Origin: a virus
Taxonomy: Duplodnaviria; Heunggongvirae; Uroviricota; Caudoviricetes
DNA length: 25,518 bases
Direction: 5' to 3' (one strand)
IMG/VR virus record: IMGVR_UViG_3300045988_091615
Location: 1-25,518 of that record
The notes beneath the pieces are model-generated. The model was given only the letters and a program-made list of their open reading frames with translations. It was not told the origin of the DNA and did no database searches. The position numbers were made by a program, and so were the translations under genes. Shown here in pieces: positions 16,548 to 24,016 of this stretch (positions are counted from its first letter, which is position 1; the number at the start of each line of letters is the position of its first letter).

Positions 16548-17456
16548 ATGCCGATTATCGACCTGAACCAGCTACCCGCACCGGATGTGGTCGAGGAGCT
16601 GGACTTTGAAACCATTCTCGCTGAACGCAAGGCGACACTGATTTCCCTTTACCCGGAAGACCAGCAGGAGGCGGTCGCCCGTACCCTGACGCTGGAATCC
16701 GAGCCTCTCGTCAAACTGCTGGAGGAAAATGCTTATCGTGAGCTTATCTGGCGTCAGCGTGTGAATGAGGCTGCACGGGCGGTGATGCTGGCCTGTGCCG
16801 CCGGTAATGACCTTGATGTGATTGGTGCCAATTACAACACCACACGCCTGATTATCACCCCGGCAGATGATTCGACCCTCCCGCCGACACCGGCCGTGAT
16901 GGAATCTGATACTGATTATCGTCTGCGTATTCAGCAGGCGTTTGAAGGTTTAAGCGTCGCCGGGTCGGTGGGGGCCTATCAGTATCATGGTCGCAGTGCC
17001 GACGGGCGTGTCGCGGATATTTCTGTCACCAGTCTGTCTCCGGCCTGCGTCACCATCTCTGTGCTGTCACGTGAAAATAACGGTGTGGCATCCGAAGACC
17101 TGCTGGCCGTGGTGCGTAACGCCCTTAATGGCGAGGACGTCAGGCCGGTGGCCGACCGCGTGACCGTGCAGTCTGCCGCCATTGTTGAATACCAGATAAA
17201 CGCCACGCTTTACCTTTACCCTGGTCCCGAAAGCGAACCCATCCGCGCTGCTGCCGTGAAAAAACTGGAAGCGTACATCACGGCGCAGCACCGGCTGGGG
17301 CGCGACATCCGTCTGTCTGCCATTTATGCCGCTTTGCATGTGGAAGGCGTGCAGCGTGTCGAGCTGGCCGCACCACTGGCCGACATTGTGCTCAACAGTA
17401 CGCAGGCGTCTTTCTGTACCGAATACCGCGTCGTGACCGGAGGCTCGGATGAGTGA
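16548..17456 (+). CDS. J: Baseplate protein, P2 gpJ family
   Basis: 302 aa, matching P2 J length and position. Confidence 0.9.
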   Translation: MPIIDLNQLPAPDVVEELDFETILAERKATLISLYPEDQQEAVARTLTLESEPLVKLLEENAYRELIWRQRVNEAARAVMLACAAGNDLDVIGANYNTTRLIITPADDSTLPPTPAVMESDTDYRLRIQQAFEGLSVAGSVGAYQYHGRSADGRVADISVTSLSPACVTISVLSRENNGVASEDLLAVVRNALNGEDVRPVADRVTVQSAAIVEYQINATLYLYPGPESEPIRAAAVKKLEAYITAQHRLGRDIRLSAIYAALHVEGVQRVELAAPLADIVLNSTQASFCTEYRVVTGGSDE

Positions 17457-17976
17457 GCGCCTGCTGCCGACCGGCTCATCACCGCTTGAAGTCGCCGCCG
17501 CAAAAGCCTGTGCGGAAATTGAAAAAACGCCGGTCAGTATTCGTGAACTGTGGAACCCGGACACCTGCCCGGGAAATCTGCTGCCGTGGCTGGCGTGGGC
17601 GTTTTCGGTCGACAGGTGGGATGAAAAGTGGCCGGAAGCGACAAAACGCGCCGTTATCCGCGATGCCTATTTCATCCACTGTCATAAGGGCACGATAGGT
17701 GCAATCCGGCGTGTGGTGGAGCCGCTCGGCTATCTCATCAACGTGACGGAGTGGTGGGAAAACAGTGACCCGCCAGGCACCTTCCGGCTTGATATTGGTG
17801 TACTGGAAAGCGGCATCACGGAGGCAATGTATCAGGAAATGGAACGGCTGATTGCCGATGCCAAACCTGCAAGCCGCCACCTTATTGGCCTGAACATTAC
17901 CCGGGACATTCCCGGCTATCTGTTCGCCGGTGGTGTGGCTTACGACGGCGATGTAATTACGGTTTACCCCGGATAA
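17449..17976 (+). CDS. I: Baseplate protein, P2 gpI family
   Basis: 175 aa; start overlaps the J stop; in the position of P2 I. Confidence 0.88.
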   Translation: MSERLLPTGSSPLEVAAAKACAEIEKTPVSIRELWNPDTCPGNLLPWLAWAFSVDRWDEKWPEATKRAVIRDAYFIHCHKGTIGAIRRVVEPLGYLINVTEWWENSDPPGTFRLDIGVLESGITEAMYQEMERLIADAKPASRHLIGLNITRDIPGYLFAGGVAYDGDVITVYPG

Positions 17977-17986
17977 GTGAGGAATA

Positions 17987-19996
17987 ATGAGCACGAAATT
18001 TAAAACCGTTATCACCACTGCCGGTGCAGCAAAGCTGGCAGCGGCAACCGCGCCGGGAGGGCGGAAGGTCAACATTACCACGATGGCCGTCGGGGATGGC
18101 GGTGGTAAATTGCCTGTCCCGGATGCCGGACAGACCGGGCTTATCCACGAAGTCTGGCGACATGCGCTGAACAAAATCAGCCAGGACAAACGAAACAGTA
18201 ATTATATTATCGCAGAGCTGGTTATTCCGCCGGAGGTGGGCGGTTTCTGGATGCGTGAGCTTGGCCTGTACGATGATGCTGGAACGTTAATTGCCGTGGC
18301 GAACATGGCCGAAAGTTATAAGCCAGCTCTTGCCGAAGGCTCAGGGCGTTCGCAGACCTGTCGCATGGTCATCATCGTCAGCAGTGTGGCCTCAGTGGAG
18401 CTGACCATTGACACCACAACGGTGATGGCGACGCAGGATTACGTTGATGACAAAATTGCAGAACATGAACAGTCACGACGTCACCCGGACGCCTCGCTGA
18501 CCGCAAAAGGTTTTACTCAGTTAAGCAGTGCGACCAACAGCACGTCTGAAACACTGGCCGCAACGCCGAAAGCGGTAAAGGCCGCGTATGACCTGGCTAA
18601 CGGGAAATATACCGCACAGGACGCCACCACAGCGCGAAAAGGCCTTGTCCAGCTCAGTAGTGCCACCAACAGCACGTCTGAAACGCTCGCCGCAACACCA
18701 AAAGCCGTTAAGACGGTAATGGATGAAACGAACAAAAAAGCGCCATTAAACAGCCCTGCACTGACCGGAACGCCAACGACGCCAACTGCGCGACAGGGAA
18801 CGAATAATACTCAGATCGCAAACACGGCTTTCGTTATGGCCGCGATTGCCGCCCTTGTAGACTCGTCGCCTGACGCACTGAATACGCTGAACGAGCTGGC
18901 GGCGGCGCTGGGCAATGACCCGAATTTTGCTACCACCATGACTAATGCGCTTGCGGGTAAGCAACCGAAAGATGCCACTTTGACGGCGCTGGCGGGGCTT
19001 GCTACTGCGGCAGACAGGTTTCCGTATTTTACGGGGAATGATGTTGCCAGCCTGGCGACCCTGACAAAAGTCGGGCGGGATATTCTGGCTAAATCGACCG
19101 TTGCCGCCGTTATCGAATATCTCGGTTTACAGGAAACGGTAAACCGAGCCGGGAACGCCGTGCAAAAAAATGGCGATACCTTGTCCGGTGGACTTACTTT
19201 TGAAAACGACTCAATCCTTGCCTGGATTCGAAATACTGACTGGGCGAAGATTGGATTTAAAAATGATGCCGATGGTGACACTGATTCATACATGTGGTTT
19301 GAAACGGGGGATAACGGCAATGAATATTTCAAATGGAGAAGCCGCCAGAGTACCACAACAAAAGACCTGATGACGTTGAAATGGGATGCACTAAATATTC
19401 TTGTTAATGCCGTCATTAATGGCTGTTTTGGAGTTGGTACGACGAATGCACTAGGTGGTAGCTCAATTGTTCTTGGTGATAATGATACCGGATTTAAACA
19501 GAATGGAGACGGTATTCTTGATGTTTATGCTAACAGTCAGCGAGTATTCCGTTTTCAGAATGGAGTGGCTATTGCTTTTAAAAATATTCAGGCAGGGGAT
19601 AGTAAAAAGTTCTCGCTATCCAGCTCTAACACATCCACGAAGAATATTACCTTTAATTTATGGGGTGCTTCCACCCGTCCAGTGGTTGCAGAGTTAGGCG
19701 ATGAGGCCGGATGGCATTTCTATAGCCAGCGAAATACAGATAACTCGGTAATATTTGCTGTTAACGGTCAGATGCAACCCAGCAACTGGGGGAATTTTGA
19801 TTCCCGCTATGTGAAAGATGTTCGCCTGGGTACGCGAGTTGTTCAATTGATGGCGCGAGGTGGTCGTTATGAAAAAGCCGGACACACGATTACCGGATTA
19901 AGAATCATTGGTGAAGTGGATGGCGATGATGAAGCCATCTTCAGGCCGATACAAAAATACATCAATGGCACATGGTATAACGTTGCGCAGGTGTAA
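17987..19996 (+). CDS. H: Tail fibre protein, P2 gpH family, with AT-rich C-terminal receptor-binding region
   Basis: 669 aa. N-terminal part is GC-rich P2-like; it contains tandem phage-tail-fibre repeats (QLSSATNSTSETLAATPKAVK twice). From about 19150 onward the composition drops to ~40% G+C, suggesting an exchanged distal module. Confidence 0.9.
   Translation: MSTKFKTVITTAGAAKLAAATAPGGRKVNITTMAVGDGGGKLPVPDAGQTGLIHEVWRHALNKISQDKRNSNYIIAELVIPPEVGGFWMRELGLYDDAGTLIAVANMAESYKPALAEGSGRSQTCRMVIIVSSVASVELTIDTTTVMATQDYVDDKIAEHEQSRRHPDASLTAKGFTQLSSATNSTSETLAATPKAVKAAYDLANGKYTAQDATTARKGLVQLSSATNSTSETLAATPKAVKTVMDETNKKAPLNSPALTGTPTTPTARQGTNNTQIANTAFVMAAIAALVDSSPDALNTLNELAAALGNDPNFATTMTNALAGKQPKDATLTALAGLATAADRFPYFTGNDVASLATLTKVGRDILAKSTVAAVIEYLGLQETVNRAGNAVQKNGDTLSGGLTFENDSILAWIRNTDWAKIGFKNDADGDTDSYMWFETGDNGNEYFKWRSRQSTTTKDLMTLKWDALNILVNAVINGCFGVGTTNALGGSSIVLGDNDTGFKQNGDGILDVYANSQRVFRFQNGVAIAFKNIQAGDSKKFSLSSSNTSTKNITFNLWGASTRPVVAELGDEAGWHFYSQRNTDNSVIFAVNGQMQPSNWGNFDSRYVKDVRLGTRVVQLMARGGRYEKAGHTITGLRIIGEVDGDDEAIFRPIQKYINGTWYNVAQV
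18518..18712 (+). repeat. Tandem in-frame 63-nt tail-fibre repeat units (period 132 nt) inside H
   Basis: Unit 18518-18580 and unit 18650-18712 are ~80% identical at nucleotide level and encode the same 21-aa motif. Consistent with the phage tail-fibre repeat family (Pfam Phage_fiber_2, as I recall). Confidence 0.8.
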
Positions 19997-19999
19997 GTT

Positions 20000-20527
20000 A
20001 TGCAGCATTTAAAGAACATTAAGTCAGGTAATCCAAAAACAAAAGAGCAATATCAGCTAACAAAGAATTTTGATGTTATCTGGTTATGGTCCGAAGACGG
20101 AAAAAACTGGTATGAGGAAGTGAAGAACTTTCAGCCAGACACAATAAAGATTGTTTACGATGAAAATAATATTATTGTCGCTATCACCAGAGATGCTTCA
20201 ACGCTTAATCCTGAAGGTTTTAGCGTTGTTGAGGTTCCTGATATTACCTCCAACCGACGTGCTGACGACTCAGGTAAATGGATGTTTAAGGATGGTGCTG
20301 TGGTTAAACGGATTTATACGGCAGATGAACAGCAACAACAGGCGGAATTACAGAAGGCAGCTTTGCTTTCCGAAGCTGAATCCGTAATTTTGCCGCTGGA
20401 GCGCGCTGTCAGGCTGAATATGGCAACAGATGAGGAACGCAGCCGACTGGAAGCATGGGAACGCTACAGCGTTCTGGTCAGTCGTGTGGATCCTGCAAAT
20501 CCTGAATGGCCGGAAATGCCACAATAA
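20000..20527 (+). CDS. G: Tail fibre assembly chaperone, P2 gpG / Tfa family
   Basis: 175 aa, ATG 4 nt after the H stop, AT-rich like the H C-terminus. Typical Tfa position and size. Confidence 0.85.
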   Translation: MQHLKNIKSGNPKTKEQYQLTKNFDVIWLWSEDGKNWYEEVKNFQPDTIKIVYDENNIIVAITRDASTLNPEGFSVVEVPDITSNRRADDSGKWMFKDGAVVKRIYTADEQQQQAELQKAALLSEAESVILPLERAVRLNMATDEERSRLEAWERYSVLVSRVDPANPEWPEMPQ

Positions 20528-20588
20528 GCTGTATAAACTCTGGTGTGAGCTCACATATCTATAACACAGAGTAACCCCTAATCTGACA

Positions 20589-20612
20589 GTCCGCTCTGTG
20601 CCAAGAGCGGAC
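20589..20612. other. Stable hairpin downstream of G (9-bp stem, 6-nt loop); not a canonical intrinsic terminator
   Basis: GTCCGCTCT (20589-20597) / AGAGCGGAC (20604-20612). No U-tract follows on either strand. Confidence 0.4.
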
Positions 20613-20717
20613 ATTGATAACATCAAGGCTCTCTGGTCAGAGGGGCTCAGGTCATTTACAGCATACAAAGAAAAAATTGAAATATTTTTCAAATAAACAC
20701 ATTGCAGGGCTTAGGCC

Positions 20718-21488
20718 TTACTCTTTAGCTCGTTTGGTCATCTCATTTGCTAACTGTGTAGACCAATAATGTTGACTCTTTGCTTCTAATATGAAAAGTA
20801 GCGCTCTCACACATTGTAGCTGAGCATGCACATAAGCATGAATATTACCAACTGAAGTAGGAACTAAGTGGGTTTCAGGTGTGTAGTAGTGGTAGATGCT
20901 CGTTTGTGAAGGATGAACATATTCGCTAAGTATGTCATAAGTCAGTTCAAAATCACTTTCCATCTGATTAGTCTGCTTCATCTCATCTTTATAGAGTTCG
21001 CGTAAAGCAGTCATCACATGCATACTGACAGCAAGTAGGTTTTCAAAACGATATTTAGCCTCCTCAGTAAACATGTAGTCGTTCGGGTCAAATACTCCTT
21101 TCTGAATCTTTTCTTGCTCTGACTTTTTAAATCGAGAACTATTCGTAAAGTTCAATATAACTTCGATAGCGTTATCTACACTTGCGTGGCCATTTTGGGT
21201 AGTCAAAATTTTCTCTACTTTCTTGTTTAAGAGTCGTGAGAAGGCATGAGTTTCAATCATTCCTCGGCTAACAATACAAGCGCTTTGGTATCGTTCGTTT
21301 TCGAGGAGGAGAAGCGCATCATCGAAGATGTCTATCTGCCTGTTCATAAGTAAATTGGCATAATTAACGAGATACAGTCCGCGGTCAGGGTTATGTGTTT
21401 TTTCGACAATTACACCATTAGTCTTGCTCAGCGCAGCTCTGGCGGCTTTTGCCTCATTCAGTCTCTGTTCTATAAGTTCTTTATACAT
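20718..21488 (-). CDS. Cargo: hypothetical soluble protein (256 aa), unknown function, at the P2 Z/fun position
   Basis: Minus-strand ORF, AAGGA upstream of the ATG ending at 21488, AT-rich, opposite orientation to the flanking G and FI. No domain recognised. Contains an Rx5H stretch (SRGMIETH), which is too loose to call HEPN. Confidence 0.8.
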   Translation of the reverse strand: MYKELIEQRLNEAKAARAALSKTNGVIVEKTHNPDRGLYLVNYANLLMNRQIDIFDDALLLLENERYQSACIVSRGMIETHAFSRLLNKKVEKILTTQNGHASVDNAIEVILNFTNSSRFKKSEQEKIQKGVFDPNDYMFTEEAKYRFENLLAVSMHVMTALRELYKDEMKQTNQMESDFELTYDILSEYVHPSQTSIYHYYTPETHLVPTSVGNIHAYVHAQLQCVRALLFILEAKSQHYWSTQLANEMTKRAKE

Positions 21489-21687
21489 GCTTTGTTTCCT
21501 TACAGGAGGATGTGTATCAACGAATAATCATTCCGCCTTTTGTCAGCTTGACTGTAAGGTATCATGCTGAAGTTAGCCATACAAAGCTCTGCCCATTATC
21601 AGTTTACCCAAAGCAGACTGTCAGATTTGATAGCGTTTGGGCTATGTAAATTGTCAGTCGGAAAATGAGTGAGTACAAATCAGGACA

Positions 21688-21716
21688 GGCGGGCGAATTG
21701 CCCGCCTTTTCTTTAT
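21688..21716 (+). terminator. Rho-independent terminator on the plus strand upstream of FI
   Basis: GGCGGGC (21688-21694) - GAATT - GCCCGCC (21700-21706) followed by TTTTCTTTAT. Canonical GC-rich stem plus U-tract on the plus strand only. Confidence 0.65.
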
Positions 21717-21810
21717 CTGTTGTTTCATCCACTGACCAGCCAGGTCAAATAGCGTCTCATGCACTGCCCAACAGAAAATAGTTGCACCCATTAACCACGG
21801 AGTTAAACGG

Positions 21811-23001
21811 ATGAGTGACTATCATCACGGCGTGCAGGTGCTGGAGATTAACGACGGCACCCGCGTCATTTCCACCGTATCCACTGCCGTTGTCGGCATG
21901 GTCTGTACGGCTAGCGATGCGGATGCGGAAACCTTCCCCCTCAATAAACCTGTGCTGATTACCAATGTGCAGAGCGCAATTGCAAAGGCCGGTAAAAAAG
22001 GCACGCTGGCGGCATCGTTGCAGGCCATCGCCGACCAGTCAAAACCGGTCACCGTTGTCGTGCGTGTGGAAGACGGCACCGGTGACGACGAGGAAACGAA
22101 ACTCGCGCAGACCGTTTCCAATATCATCGGCACCACCGACGAAAACGGTCAGTACACCGGACTGAAAGCCCTGCTGGCGGCAGAGTCGGTAACCGGTGTT
22201 AAACCGCGTATTCTCGGCGTGCCGGGACTGGACACCAAAGAGGTGGCTGTTGCACTGGCATCAGTCTGTCAGAAGCTGCGCGCTTTCGGGTATATCAGCG
22301 CATGGGGCTGTAAGACTATTTCCGAGGTGAAAGCCTACCGCCAGAATTTCAGCCAGCGTGAGCTGATGGTCATCTGGCCGGATTTCCTCGCATGGGATAC
22401 GGTCACCAGTACCACCGCCACCGCGTATGCCACCGCCCGTGCGCTGGGTCTGCGCGCTAAAATCGACCAGGAGCAGGGCTGGCATAAAACGCTGTCCAAT
22501 GTCGGGGTGAACGGTGTTACCGGCATCAGCGCATCCGTCTTCTGGGATTTGCAGGAGTCCGGCACCGATGCTGACCTGCTTAACGAGTCAGGCGTCACTA
22601 CGCTGATTCGCCGCGACGGTTTCCGCTTCTGGGGTAACCGTACCTGCTCCGATGACCCGCTGTTCCTCTTTGAAAACTACACCCGCACCGCGCAGGTGCT
22701 GGCCGACACGATGGCTGAGGCGCACATGTGGGCGGTGGACAAGCCCATCACTGCAACGCTGATTCGCGACATCGTTGACGGCATCAATGCCAAATTCCGT
22801 GAGCTGAAAACAAACGGCTATATCGTGGATGCGACCTGCTGGTTCAGCGAAGAATCCAACGATGCGGAAACCCTCAAGGCCGGAAAACTGTATATCGACT
22901 ATGACTATACCCCGGTGCCTCCTCTCGAAAACCTGACCCTGCGCCAGCGTATTACTGATAAATATCTGGCAAATCTGGTCACCTCGGTTAACAGCAATTA
23001 A
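21811..23001 (+). CDS. FI: Contractile tail sheath protein, P2 gpFI family
   Basis: 396 aa, matching P2 FI length; followed by the tail tube gene. Confidence 0.92.
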   Translation: MSDYHHGVQVLEINDGTRVISTVSTAVVGMVCTASDADAETFPLNKPVLITNVQSAIAKAGKKGTLAASLQAIADQSKPVTVVVRVEDGTGDDEETKLAQTVSNIIGTTDENGQYTGLKALLAAESVTGVKPRILGVPGLDTKEVAVALASVCQKLRAFGYISAWGCKTISEVKAYRQNFSQRELMVIWPDFLAWDTVTSTTATAYATARALGLRAKIDQEQGWHKTLSNVGVNGVTGISASVFWDLQESGTDADLLNESGVTTLIRRDGFRFWGNRTCSDDPLFLFENYTRTAQVLADTMAEAHMWAVDKPITATLIRDIVDGINAKFRELKTNGYIVDATCWFSEESNDAETLKAGKLYIDYDYTPVPPLENLTLRQRITDKYLANLVTSVNSN

Positions 23002-23013
23002 GGAGCCTGACCG

Positions 23014-23532
23014 ATGGCAATGCCGCGCAAACTCAAGTTAATGAACGTCTTTCTGAACGGCTACAGCTATCAGGGCGTTGCAAAGTCCGTCACGCTGCCA
23101 AAACTGACCCGTAAGCTCGAAAACTATCGCGGTGCGGGGATGAACGGCAGCGCACCGGTAGACCTCGGCCTTGATGACGATGCGCTGTCAATGGAGTGGT
23201 CGCTCGGGGGCTTCCCGGATTCGGTTATCTGGGAACTTTACGCCGCAACCGGTGTGGATGCCGTACCGATTCGTTTTGCAGGCTCTTACCAGCGCGACGA
23301 TACCGGCGAAACGGTGGCCGTCGAGGTGGTCATGCGTGGACGTCAGAAAGAAATCGACACTGGCGAGGGTAAACAGGGAGAAGACACTGAGTCGAAAATC
23401 TCCGTGGTCTGCACCTATTTCCGGCTGACGATGGACGGTAAGGAGCTGGTCGAAATTGACACCATCAACATGATTGAGAAGGTGAACGGCGTCGACCGGC
23501 TGGAGCAACACCGCCGCAATATCGGCCTGTGA
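23014..23532 (+). CDS. FII: Tail tube protein, P2 gpFII family
   Basis: 172 aa with AAGGAG RBS (23000-23005), immediately after the sheath gene. Confidence 0.9.
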   Translation: MAMPRKLKLMNVFLNGYSYQGVAKSVTLPKLTRKLENYRGAGMNGSAPVDLGLDDDALSMEWSLGGFPDSVIWELYAATGVDAVPIRFAGSYQRDDTGETVAVEVVMRGRQKEIDTGEGKQGEDTESKISVVCTYFRLTMDGKELVEIDTINMIEKVNGVDRLEQHRRNIGL

Positions 23533-23539
23533 TTTTCAT

Positions 23540-23560
23540 CCGGTCAGCCTGGCTGACCGG
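23540..23560. other. Inverted repeat between FII and E (possible attenuator or processing hairpin)
   Basis: CCGGTCAGCC (23540-23549) - T - GGCTGACCGG (23551-23560), a 10-bp perfect inverted repeat starting 8 nt after the FII stop. No U-tract follows. Confidence 0.4.
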
Positions 23561-23588
23561 TTAACCCCGATTCATAAGTGAGAAAACC

Positions 23589-23864
23589 ATGAACAAAGAA
23601 AATGTCATTACCCTGGACAATCCGGTCAAACGTGGTGAGCAGGTTATCGAACAGGTCACGCTGATGAAACCCAATGCCGGGACGCTGCGTGGTGTCAGTC
23701 TGGCAGCGGTCGCGAACTCCGAAGTCGATGCACTGATTAAGGTGCTGCCGCGCATGACGGCACCGATGCTGACCGAGCAGGAAGTCGCCGCGCTGGAACT
23801 GCCTGACCTTGTGGCGCTGGCTGGTAAGGTGGTCGGTTTTTTGTCGCCGAACTCGGTGCAGTGA
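23589..23864 (+). CDS. E: Tail assembly chaperone, P2 gpE (short form)
   Basis: 91 aa ORF upstream of the tape measure gene, ending ...VGFLSPNSVQ; carries the slippery site near its 3' end. Confidence 0.85.
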   Translation: MNKENVITLDNPVKRGEQVIEQVTLMKPNAGTLRGVSLAAVANSEVDALIKVLPRMTAPMLTEQEVAALELPDLVALAGKVVGFLSPNSVQ

Positions 23865-24016
23865 CGTTTCCAAAAAATCTCTCGGTCGATGACCTGATGG
23901 CGGATGTGGCAGTGGTATTTCACTGGCCGCCATCAGAACTGTATCCCATGAGCCTGACCGAACTCATCACATGGCGCGAAAAGGCGCTCCGGCGAAGCGG
24001 AAACACGAATGAGTAA
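23589..24016 (+). CDS. E': E' long-form tail assembly chaperone made by -1 frameshift at 23837-23843
   Basis: Hand-read: after the slip the -1 frame reads GTC GCC GAA CTC ... AAT GAG TAA with no stop until 24014-24016, giving ~140 aa in total and overlapping the T start. Matches the conserved E/E' arrangement of P2-like phages. Confidence 0.65.
23837..23843 (+). other. Slippery heptamer T_TTT_TTG for -1 programmed ribosomal frameshifting (E to E')
   Basis: TTTTTTG at 23837-23843 in the E zero frame (GGT TTT TTG). The -1 frame stays open from here to TAA 24014-24016. Confidence 0.7.

Noticed and set aside
18517-18735. 72-aa minus-strand ORF containing an internal repeat, overlapping the H repeat region
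   Set aside because: Artefact of the tandem tail-fibre repeat on the opposite strand; the repeat is in-frame coding sequence of H and not a CRISPR array (two units only, no spacer architecture, no cas genes).
20544-20555. Resemblance of TGTGAGCTCACA to the symmetric lac operator (TGTGAGCGCTCACA) or to CRP half-sites
   Set aside because: One base short of the lac operator, and the spacing is wrong for CRP (TGTGA-N6-TCACA); likely coincidental. Kept only as a generic palindrome in the findings.
21487-21570. 27-aa plus-strand micro-ORF (MLCFLTGGCVSTNNHSAFCQLDCKVSC) overlapping the start region of the Z/fun-position cargo gene
   Set aside because: No RBS; overlaps the divergent promoter/RBS region of the cargo gene; Cys-rich low-complexity translation; likely chance.
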